A model generated the notes under the pieces. The model saw only the letters and a list, made by a program, of their open reading frames with translations, had not been told where the DNA came from and did no database searches. The position numbers were made by a program, and so were the translations under genes. Source: Owenia fusiformis (Eukaryota). From it: a stretch of DNA of 64,000 nucleotides. Below, one piece after another: positions 48,901 to 60,900 of this stretch (the first letter of the stretch is position 1; each line of letters starts with the position of its first letter). The DNA lies in the NCBI GenBank assembly GCA_903813345.2, contig CAIIXF020000001.1:16616001-16680000 (forward strand), written 5' to 3'.

Positions 48901-51900
48901 CCTTAATGGTACTATGAATAATCCCAATAACAACCAGAAATCTCTGGAATGGGATAATAAAATAGAATAGATATATTTATTTAATAGCCTACAAGGTTAC
49001 TTACACTCGTAAATAAATGAAATATCTATTATTAGATTGGAAGGAGTCTATTGAACGTAACTTGAGGACATGTATGTGACTTACTTAGGTCCAAACCTTC
49101 TCTATATTCCGGCTTTGAGTAGAAAGATTAGCTGCCTTGGTGTTGTAAATATTGTAAATCAATGTGTCACACACACAGGAAATACGGCATAATAATATGA
49201 AATATATCTTTATGTATAGATTTGAGAAACATCAGCACACATCTCCGTCTGAATCTATTGTTATATTTGATTTCTTTAAGCCAGAATAATTTCAAAGTTT
49301 CCTACATTATTGACGTCTGGAACCGGAAGCCATTTTTAGCTACAGCGAGAAAATTTAACCATGTGTCAAACTCCGAAAAGAAATTTTGAAATATCTAAAA
49401 CCAGACAAGCAACGCTTCATCCTAAATATAATTAAAATAAAATGAATTATCGGTGCGTGTATCAATTTTTACATACGAAATACGAGTACATACGAAATAA
49501 ATGAAGTTACATCTAGCTGTAAGGTAGAGACTCGAGTAATATGTGACGTGTCCATATTCATCAATAAATTAATTCTTTTGTATAAATTCAAGTTGTAAAC
49601 CATATGAACGAGATATCAATTGAATACTTCAAACATAAAACTACAAAGTCATAAAGACAAAAGATAAAACGTGTTTGAAATTTTTTTTTTTTTTTGAACT
49701 TTTTTAAACTGACGTTTTTAGTGTGAAATATTACGATAAAATTTTCACAAAACGATTCAGCGATAGATAAATGTATATACAAGAGATAAATGTCGATAAA
49801 AAGAATCGAAATGTATAACTTACATTGATGTTAATGGATTTTGTACGCACCTAGGGAGAAAACCCTCCAACTACAATCCTATCGATATCTCGTCTAAAGT
49901 CTCATCTCGTACTCTCGAGATCTGAAGCTTGATGTTTCGTTCAGTGTAACTTACCAGAAACATTTACCTGGGATAACCGGGGTATGGTCTTCTTAGGGCT
50001 TGTTCATACCTAAACCTTAACCGACTCTCACATTGCCATAAATGAAATTATTGTCAATAATTTGAATTTGCCATGTTGCTTAATTCGTTAATTAACATAC
50101 ATACATACAAGTGATTTTTTAAAATATGATAACTGAAAGGAGTTTGAATATAAATGGTTGAGAATAGTATATATAGTTAAACCTGTAAATGAAGAACACC
50201 TCTCTGAAGTAAACACCACTTAATGAACACGTTTTGCATATTTTGTTAACACCTATAATGTACATATAAGAGTATCTGCATTGTAATTCCTTTTCTTAGA
50301 CAGGGCCTTATATAAGCACCCACTTTAAGAACACATTAATGGCTTGATGCTTAATCCATCACCTATTTGCAAAAATGAAATGCTTTTTCTCGCTAATAGG
50401 TGGAGCTGAGTGGTGGCGTGCCGCATCTGAACATGCCCGTCATCTATCTGGGCACACTGGCTTAGACTATTTTGGGGCAGCAGGACTTGGGGCAAGCTGG
50501 CCTCCATATGGGGGGCTTAACACACTGGATGCGGCCAGCTTGGATCTGTTGCTAAGGCAATCAGCTGCACAGAAAAGTAAGCTTGGCTTCATGTTCCTGT
50601 TACCTGGGGGGAGGGCACCCCATTGGGCAACAAACAGGGTGAAAGGGTAAAAAAACAGGGTCAAAATAACTAAAGTGAATCTGCAACTTAATTACCTATG
50701 TCCGTTGAAATGATAGAATAATTTTTGGTGCCTTAAATATATTTTTAGAATTGCAGGATGAGGGTATCTTCTTCAAAATTATTTGAGTTACAGTATCTTT
50801 TTGACTTGTCAACTACTCATCAATATTGATTGGTTCATTAAATAATGGCTGATAATTCATCACCCTTCTATGATAGATTCTACCTTTAAATACCTTTAAA
50901 TGTGACGATGGACAAAATAATGCCTAAGCTTGTATTCGTGAATACAAATTTTGGCTGTCAGGTACCAGATTAACCTACGATTTTATGACCAACTTATTTA
51001 TATAATGAATGGAATAGTGGCAGGTACTATTTGAATTTAAATGAGGTCCCCATAAAATAGTAGGTTAATCGGGTAGCCGGAAGCCGTTAGTTGCATTCAC
51101 GAATATAAGCTTAGAATGTGCCAATGTACCAGAACTAGATTAAGCCTTCAATATGACAAAGAGGAGTTAACCCATTGGGAGCCTGGAATAAGACTCACTG
51201 GCAGTGAGATGCTTGTTAAATGCTTGAAAGTGATCCTTTTGTTAACTCCTGATTCATGTGTGAACCACATTGGTGTGTGGAAGAAATAGCACCATTACCC
51301 AGCAAATACCAATACAATCCTTTTTTGTCAGAAAAGCACATCTTTGCACAAACTCAGTGTTCTATGTAAATACAAAGTGAACATATATGCTAACAATTCT
51401 TTGTGATTTGCCACTCTTATTAACTACAATTGTATTTAACTATAACATGATGAAATAAAACAGATTCTACGAAATATTGAAATTGTATGATTTCCAGAAT
51501 GTCCTTTTCCTGATTTGTGGCATCACACAAATATACATGTTCAACCTCAGAAAACGTTGTCTTTCATCTGCTATTTATTTGAGCTTCTGACATCTGGGAA
51601 AACAGATGGCTGAACAGGAAAAGAAAATAGCAAAATTGTAAATCATCTACTTGTTGCGAATCATCCATGATCAGAAAAAATGAGGGGGAATCTTATGTAA
51701 ACAAAGAATTTTTACTCCCACCAAAAATATTAATCCAACAACGGTAATAGGAGTCTGATAGATGATATTTTTTATTTCAGATTTAAATGGCGTGTTTGGG
51801 AATCCATTATTTATGCCTCCTCATTTTCTGTCAGCCTCAACCGTTGCCACGACAACTACAGCCAGGAGCGGTAGTCGCAGCAGTACCCCAATTTCATCCC

Positions 51901-54900
51901 CTACCAAGTTAACAAGCAGCAGCTCTGTGGGGAAACCTAGCAGTGCAGCTAAACAATCATCAGTAATACACAACAGTGTTCAGAGTCCTAGTGCTTTAAG
52001 TCCCAATGGTCCCATGAACCTAAGTGGTTCAAGTGGGGGTGACAAGCGGAGAAAGAGATCAAGTGAATCATGCAGTTCAACAGTAACAAGCACCCACTCC
52101 CCTGTCATATGTTCTGTTCCTAGGCCAGTTATCTCCCCTGCTGTATTATCTCCCAATAGACTAAAAGAAGCAACAAACCAGGTGAGAATAATCTCTATTC
52201 AGGCCCGTATCCATTGGGGGGGGGGGGTTGTTTGGGTGGTTCCCCCATTAGCTACGTGAACCCCCTCCCCTGAAATTTTTTGAAAAGTGAACCTTCCTTA
52301 GCAAAAATTGGCCTGCAAAATAATTGGAAATACATCAGTCATTGAGCCCAAGTGGCTTAGTTGAATCATCATTGTTGTGTAGCTACCTATGACAAGAAAT
52401 CAACCTTATCTACACTATTATGATTTAAATGAAAGAGAACTTGAGCCCGTATCCAATCAGTAGTCAACAAATCATAACACTACATTTTATGTCCACAAGC
52501 AAGAGCTATCATTTTGTTCAAAAGTTACATGTAAAGATCTTACCAAAAATGTGGCTTAGCCATTATGGGAATTCAAGTGACAAAGATATTTTGATAGACT
52601 AATCAGTTATGACGATATTGCATTGTACCAAAATTTCAGCTAAATTAGATGCATAACCAACCAACCGGCATATTGTAGAATAAAATATTATAATGTGATT
52701 CAATGTGCTTCAGAGCAAACAGGTTGAGAGTGACAGTTCCGGAGACACTGATAGTAGCGACAGTGATGACTCGGACAGCGAGGATGAGGACATAAAAGCA
52801 AAGCATAATGAACCAGAACAGAAGATGAACAATGAAGAAAAGGTTGGTTTTAAAGGCTATAATACTGAAATAGCAATATTACTTGATTCTAAAAATCTTG
52901 AGTTTTTTGAAAAAGCAGGGGATTATATGTAAATATTGGGATTTATCTCAAGTTTTGATTAAAAAATTGGGGTAAGCTCTAAAAAATCAGGATTCCTCTC
53001 AATTTAAACCGGGATTTTACAGATGAACCTGATATGACTACTTCCACAAGGAACTATATTGTTAATCCTTTGTTAAATGTCTTTGTCTTGTAGCCTGCTG
53101 CCCCTAGCCTATCCAGCCCTAGCACCAAATTCAATATAGCAGAGCTTCTAAAGCAGCACCATCAGCAGAATCAAGAGCAGCGCAAGCAACATGAAGCAGC
53201 AGCTGCCACAGCCCAAGCAGCACAAATCGATAAAAAGAGGCAGCAGAAACGAAGCCGGAAAGACTCTGGAAATGAGTCAGAAATAGAACCACAGCATAAA
53301 CGATTATTAATTGAACATTTTAAACAGAAACCGCAACTCCCCTCGGATATCTCCCACTTGCCTCCATCTACAGGTAGCCCTGAGAAGAATGAGGACCCTA
53401 AGAAGGGGAGAGGGCGGGGAAGGGGTAAAGGGAGACCAAAAGAGCCAGTGCAACTGCAATCCAATGAAGAATTAGAGGTACGTATAATATGTTTATGAAT
53501 ATGAGTTCACAACAGATTTTCACAAAAATTTCATTTTTGAAGTTTTAAATTATTTATTAAAGCACATTTTATCTATGATTATTATAGCAACAGCGAGCGC
53601 GTAATGAACTCTTGAAGAAAACGTTTGAAAAGGAGCTAAAACAGCAACAGTTAGCTCTAAAACTGGCGCGCAAGGCTCAACAAATTCGAGAAAGAGATGC
53701 TGTTCTCAAGGTACAAGAACTGGCAAAGCAGGAAAACGAGAAGTTAGCTGTGAATAAGTCCAAAGCAATGGTAAAGACCCAACAGGCATTATTCCCACAT
53801 TTAACAAAGCAACTACAGAAACAGGCGGCCAAGGAGAAACAAGACAAGCAAGGTTCGAAACAGGACAAGCAAGCATCAAAGTACAAGCCACGTCAATCAA
53901 AGCTCGCTCAGGTAAGTGCAACTGTATGCTACATGCTATGTTCTATCATCCTCCTCCATTTTTCATGGATGCATTTATTGTCTGCGAGATTGAATTAGGT
54001 TTTCTATGTTTCCTAAGTGACATCCATACATTCAAGTAGATTTCATGTTAAAGGATTGGGTGAAATACATATTTAAGTGAAACCCACCAGAATGTACAGC
54101 CTCAGGAAATGGGTTGGGTGGGAGGGTAACTTATTTTTCAATCATTTCCCAATTTCATGATATTTCATCCAAATTTCATGATATGTAAACTATTATCCAT
54201 TCCATTCGCTAATGACTACCTCCCTCGAATTCCCTATTTAGAATAAACATTCACTCTACTCAATAATATAGATGTCACTTAGGAAATCTATGTTTCCTAA
54301 GTGACATCCATACATTCAAGTAGATTTCATGTTAAAGGATTGGGTGAAATACACATTTAATTTTACCCTTTACGGTGTATTTACATCCTGAAAAATGTGA
54401 TTTGTTAATTTTACTACTCCCAATCCTCAAATCTTTAATAAAAAATTAACAAAAAACTAACGTGGACATCGGATTTGAGAGCAATCTCTCCCAGTAGTTC
54501 TAGTAGATGGTTTTCCATGATGTAATCATGAAGCTAATAAAACCTAAAATTGACCTCATATCAATGTTTCATTCATGAATTACTGGTGGGGAAAAATCAG
54601 TCCCCTAACATGAGTAATCAACCTCAATTGCCAATTACCTCCTACTGTGGAGAGACAACTCTCACATCCGAAGTCCACGTGGTTAAAACCACTAAGAGAT
54701 CAGTGCTCCCGGACTTTAGATGTAAAGAGAAGCCAATTGTTTATCAGACTTCACTAGTTTCAAATGTTACAAACTCAAGTCATTTTCAAATTAGTTTACA
54801 AGAGGGTACATGGAAACCAATCACTTGCATAGGTTATCCAGTCATGTCAAAACAATTCAACCTACTTTCTATTGAGTAAACCCCAGTTTTCATTCAATTG

Positions 54901-57900
54901 CCAATTATCAGATTATACCTGAATGTCATTATTTTTGTCACACTGTACTATAACGTACTGTATAATGACCTCTAATTTTACTGTGTTATTAACACATTGA
55001 ATTTCCAGTGTTCATTATAAAGGCCATGTTATCAAGATTTTTCATGTCATCAATGTTCTATTTTTCTTTGTTTCTGTCAAATATTTGCCTCTCAGAAAAC
55101 TTCTCTTATATTGTCTCATAGTTATATTTAATAGCCCCTTGCTCTGGCGTATATCTCTGTATCTCTAGGCTCTCAAGGCCTTTTATTCATTACCCCTCAT
55201 GATTCATATTTTTTTCCCCCTGCTTTTTTTATTTTATTTTAGCCCCTTGCTCGGGCATTTATATCTAGGCCCTCAAAGCCTTTTATTTTAGCCCCTTGCT
55301 CGGGCATTTATATCTAGGCCCTCAAAGCCTTTTATTTTTAGCCCCTTGCTCGGGCATTTATATCTCTAGGCCCTCAAAGCCTTTTAATCTCTAGGCCCTC
55401 AAAGCCTTTTATTTTAGCCCCTTGCTCGGGCATTATATCTCTAGGCCCTCAAAGCCTTTTATTTTAGCCCCTTGCTCGGGCGCCCCTTGCTCGGGCATGT
55501 AAATCAAAATATGCTTACCACTGCTGAATGTACGTCTGGCCACTTCGAATTCCCTATTTAGAATAAACATTCACTCTACTCAATAATATAGATGTCACTT
55601 AGGAAAGTGTTGTATGAAATGTCAAGACCAGTCATGGAGATTGCTGATGCGTCTACATGCCATAAGGACTTACTAGTATTTGTCTTGAAGTTGTTGTTTC
55701 ATGTTAAAGGATTGGGTGAAATACACATTTAATTTTACCCTTTACGGTGTATTTACATCCTGAAAAATGTGATTTGTTAATTTTACTACTCCCAATCCTC
55801 AAATCTTTAATAAAAAATTAACAAAAAACTAACGTGGACATCGGATTTGAGAGCAATCTCTCCCAGTAGTTCTAGTAGATGGTTTTCCATGATGTAATCA
55901 TGAAGCTAATAAAACCTAAAATTGACCTCATATCAATGTTTCATTCATGAATTACTGGTGGGGAAAAATCAGTCCCCTAACATGAGTAATCAACCTCAAT
56001 TGCCAATTACCTCCTACTGTGGAGAGACAACTCTCACATCCGAAGTCCACGTGGTTAAAACCACTAAGAGATCAGTGCTCCCGGACTTTAGATGTAAAGA
56101 GAAGCCAATTGTTTATCAGACTTCACTAGTTTCAAATGTTACAAACTCAAGTCATTTTCAAATTAGTTTACAAGAGGGTACATGGAAACCAATCACTTGC
56201 ATAGGTTATCCAGTCATGTCAAAACAATTCAACCTACTTTCTATTGAGTAAACCCCAGTTTTCATTCAATTGCCAATTATCAGATTATACCTGAATGTCA
56301 TTATTTTTGTCACACTGTACTATAACGTACTGTATAATGACCTCTAATTTTACTGTGTTATTAACACATTGAATTTCCAGTGTTCATTATAAAGGCCATG
56401 TTATCAAGATTTTTCATGTCATCAATGTTCTATTTTTCTTTGTTTCTGTCAAATATTTGCCTCTCAGAAAACTTCTCTTATATTGTCTCATAGTTATATT
56501 TAATAGCCCCTTGCTGTGGCGTATATCTCTGTATCTCTAGGCTCTCAAGGCCTTTTATTCATTACCCCTCATGATTCATATTTTTTTCCCCCTGCTTTTT
56601 TTATTTTATTTTAGCCCCTTGCTCGGGCATTTATATCTAGGCCCTCAAAGCCTTTTATTTTAGCCCCTTGCTCGGGCATTTATATCTAGGCCCTCAAAGC
56701 CTTTTATTTTTAGCCCCTTGCTCGGGCATTTATATCTCTAGGCCCTCAAAGCCTTTTAATCTCTAGGCCCTCAAAGCCTTTTATTTTAGCCCCTTGCTCG
56801 GGCATTATATCTCTAGGCCCTCAAAGCCTTTTATTTTAGCCCCTTGCTCGGGCGCCCCTTGCTCGGGCGCCCCTTGCTCGGGCATGTAAATCAAAATATG
56901 CTTACCACTGCTGAATGTACGTCTGGCCACTTCGAATTCCCTATTTAGAATAAACATTCACTCTACTCAATAATATAGATGTCACTTAGGAAAGTGTTGT
57001 ATGAAATGTCAAGACCAGTCATGGAGATTGCTGATGCGTCTACATGCCATAAGGACTTACTAGTATTTGTCTTGAAGTTGTTAATCATTCAATTTATGAT
57101 AACATGGTTGTCCCTTTAACAGCTCAATTCCCAGAAACATTGAGCAGTAGGCTTGGAAATCAGTGACATTTTGAAATTTGCAATATTATTGCTGAAACAA
57201 AAAGTAAATATTGACCAGTCCACTATGGAAGGTGATAACTGGGGACCACCCCACCCTTGAAAATAAACCTGACATTGAGACCATATTTTATAGGCATTGC
57301 TAGGAGTTCCCATATCTGGTCAACCCGAGACTGAGGACTCTGAGGGTGCAACTGATCTGAGCACTTCTCAGCAGAAAGAGGCCAGATTCAAAGAATTCAC
57401 TGACAGTCTGACTGAGACACCTGCTAGTGCAGGCAGTGAACAGTCTGATGGAGATGCTGATGATTCAGGTACTGCAGCTAAAAGATAAAGCATTGTCAAA
57501 TGCAATAAAGGCATAATTTGTAATTTGATGAACCAGAATGAATCTTAATACTATATCATTTTTTATCCCACCGAACGAAATTCGAGGGGGATATAGAGAA
57601 GCCGTCCGTCCGTTTGTCCGTCCGTGTGTCCGGGCGATAACTCCAATACCGGTTGACGGATTTGGTTCAAATTTTATAGGCTTATGCCTTATGAGTGTAG
57701 GACCTCTGCTCGAGAAGGAATTTTCAATATGGCTGCTCAATTCAAAATGGCCACCATTTTTCGTAAAAATGTAATTGTTGATAACTCAAATACAAGTTGA
57801 CGGATTTGGTTCAAATTTTATATGCTGATGCCTAGGGACAAAGGAGTTTCGCACAAAAAGTGATTTTCAAGATGGCTGCTTAATTTCAAAATGGCGGCCA

Positions 57901-60900
57901 TTTTTCGTAAAAATATGTAATCTTTGATAAGGCCATAAGAAGTACATGTAGATTCTTTGGTGCGTCCCCTTGCTTGCATGATTTTGAGTAGATCAGAAAA
58001 AACAAACACATCAAAATAGCAATCACAAGGGTCTGAAAGTACCATTGCATTTCGTTCAATCAGAATCAGAAGAAATGGCGGATAATTTGATGTGCATCAA
58101 AATTAACAGTATTATTGATTACTTTGGCATACATTGTGTATTTTCTTACTTTGAACCCTTGAATAATATAGTTTATATTATATAATTATAAACAATATAG
58201 ATATGTCTTCGTTATCACTGCAAACTGGTATGTCATCCCATTTTATTCTCATAAAATGTATACATTTCTCAGCAAACAAGTTTGTGTTTTTTCTTGAGTT
58301 TGTGTTTGTTTTCCTTGTACCCTTGCATGATTTGGATTTTGCCAGGACGCAAAACAAAGAATCTACTTCTTATGGCCTAACTCAAATACCAGTGAACGGA
58401 TTTGGTCCAAATTTTATACGATGATGCTTAGGGACACAGTAGGTATGTTCGACAAAAAAATTTCAAGATGGCCGCTTAATTTCAAAATGGCGGCAATTTT
58501 TTGTAAAAAAACGCAATCTTTGATAACTCAAATACCAGTGAACAATTTTATACGATTATGCCTAGGGACACAGTAGCTCTGTTCAAGAAATAATTTTCAA
58601 GATGGCAGCTGAATTTCAAGATGGCGGCCAATTTTTGTAAAAAACGTAATCTTTGATAACTCATATACCAGTGAACGGATTTGGTTCAAATTTTATATGA
58701 TAATGCCTAGTTCACAATGGTATAAACTAACTTTGTGCCAAATTTCATGCTTCTATCACAAAGTGCACAAACATTTCAACATTTACACTAGCTATAATAA
58801 GCATAATATGTTTTGTTCGGTGGGATTTGCTACTCCGTAGAGTTGCTGTTTTTCTAGTTATTCATAGAATTTATTCCACATTTAAAAAACATAAACATCA
58901 TATTGGTTGCTTATATGTTTTAATTCTAATTTGAAGTCAAAGAAGTCTTCAATTCCAAGGAGAAAGTTGATGTCCAAATGTTTCTAGCAAATGACTATTG
59001 TATGAAGTGTGTATTTCAGCAACTGGAAATTGGTTTTCATTTCCAATAATTCCCAGTAAACTGGTGATTTTTGTGTTACCATCTCCTAGTATGTTGTAGC
59101 TTTCCCCTGATTGATTCTTGTATATTGGTCCTCAAACATTACATATTGGAAATTATACATTGCATTGTATCATATTGGAAATTATAAATTGCATTGTATC
59201 ATATTGGAAATTATACATTGCATTGTATCATATTGGAAATTATACATTGCATTATATCATATTGGAAATTACACATTGCATTGTATCATATTGGAAATTA
59301 TACATTGCATTGTATCATATTGGAAATTACTTGTATACATTGCATTGTATCATATTGGAAATTATACATTGCATTGTATCATATTGGAAATTACTTGTAT
59401 ACATTGCATTGTATCATATTGGAAATTACTTGTATACATTGCATTGTATCATATTGGAAATTACTTGTATACATTGCATTGTATCATATTGGAAATTACT
59501 TGTATACATTGCATTGTATCATATTGGAAATTATACATTGCATTGTATCATATTGGAAATTATACATTGCATTGTATCATATTGGAAATTACTTGTATAC
59601 ATTGCATTGTATCATATTGGAAATTATACATTGCATTGTATTGTGCTTCATTTACTTGACAGAAATTGTGTCTTTATATCCAGATTCTGATGGGGACAGT
59701 AGTAATAGTGGATCATCTAGCAACTCTGATGATTCAGACTCGGACAACACTGGTTCCCATAGCAACCAGGACACACTGGGAGAGATGGGAAAAGAAGATA
59801 GAATGTCTGGCACTGATGGTAAGAGTCAGTATAAAGTTATGAAATAATTCATGCTAATTCCACAATATTTCTTCCTAAAAATTCGATGAACTATGTGACG
59901 TGATACTCTGGTGATTTTACACAATTTTGAATACTGTTGAAGGCATGCCTGTTTACTTCATTTCTTGTTGGTTCCTCTATTTTCTACTCTATTCACACGA
60001 TGAAAGGAAACATAATGTTGTTTCCAAGAACACATAAAAAAAAAATTATAAGTTGACAGGATCACTTCCACCTTGTTGAAAACTATGACCATAATATCCA
60101 TAGTTCTACCATTAAACTCTGATATTATTTTAAATGAACAGATTTTAGTAAAACAATATATTTTGGCATGCTATAATTATATAAAATTATTCAAGAGGAT
60201 AACCAATCCCCTTATGCAATATTGCTTTAATCGAATGGAATAAATATATTGCTTTAATCGAATGGAATAAACATATTGCTTTAATCGAATGGAATAAACA
60301 TATTGCTTTCATCGAATGGAATAAATATATTGCTTTAATCAAATTGAATAAACATATTGCTTTAATCGAATGGAATAAACATATTGCTTTAATCAAATGG
60401 AATAAATATATTGCTTTAATCAAATGGAATAAATTAAAATAAATTTTTATTTGTAGCGTTGTTTCCTCCCTCCAAGAAGAGAAGAGTTATTGACGAGACT
60501 GAAGTTCGGATTCCTTTGGAATATGGGTAACTGAGTTTTTTAGTCGCTTATGTTTGATTTTAGTCACTTATGTTATATTGGTATTATTCCTTAAATTGTA
60601 TTGCAACAAGCAACAAGCATATCCTTTTTGAACCCCTCTCAGTATGTGGCTTATATACATAGAGGGTTGTATAAAAATTCATTACTTCTCTTTTATGTAA
60701 TGAGGTAAGCTTCAGATGTAAACCCATATTTATTCTATTTCAGGTGGCGCAGAGAAACTCGAATCAGGAGCGTGTCACAGCGTGGTTTCAGTGGGGAAGT
60801 TCTCTACTTTGCTCCCTGTGGCAAGAAACTTCGCACGTATCAGGAAGTGGAGAAGGTAATTTTTTAAACTCTGTTGTACATTCCAAAAGTAGTTATACAA

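Larger units (their letters stand above)
43244..50069 (-). mobile_element. Ngaro-type (DIRS order) tyrosine-recombinase retrotransposon with split direct repeats, coding-decayed
   Basis: 237-bp repeat at 43244-43480 and 43786-44022; 271-bp repeat at 43518-43788 and 49799-50069. On the minus strand this gives A1-body-B1-A2-B2. The body holds gag, RT, RNase H and YR remnants. No conventional TSD, but ttt is shared by both ends and the junction. Confidence 0.92.

Noticed and set aside
43244-50069. Interpretation as an LTR retrotransposon or prophage integrase
   Set aside because: No TG...CA LTRs, TSD or DDE integrase are present. Split repeats with RT/RNase H and YR indicate the DIRS order.
54550-56251. 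Two identical 109-aa ORFs
   Set aside because: TTG start and no recognisable motif; the identity is explained by the tandem duplication.
57123-57202. Possible extra BAZ2 exon after tccctttaacag
   Set aside because: An in-frame TGA appears at the seventh codon in the required phase. The exon at 57294 joins in frame without it.
59111-59690. ORFs of 182-217 aa
   Set aside because: They are minisatellite translations; only 59684-59818 is a plausible exon.
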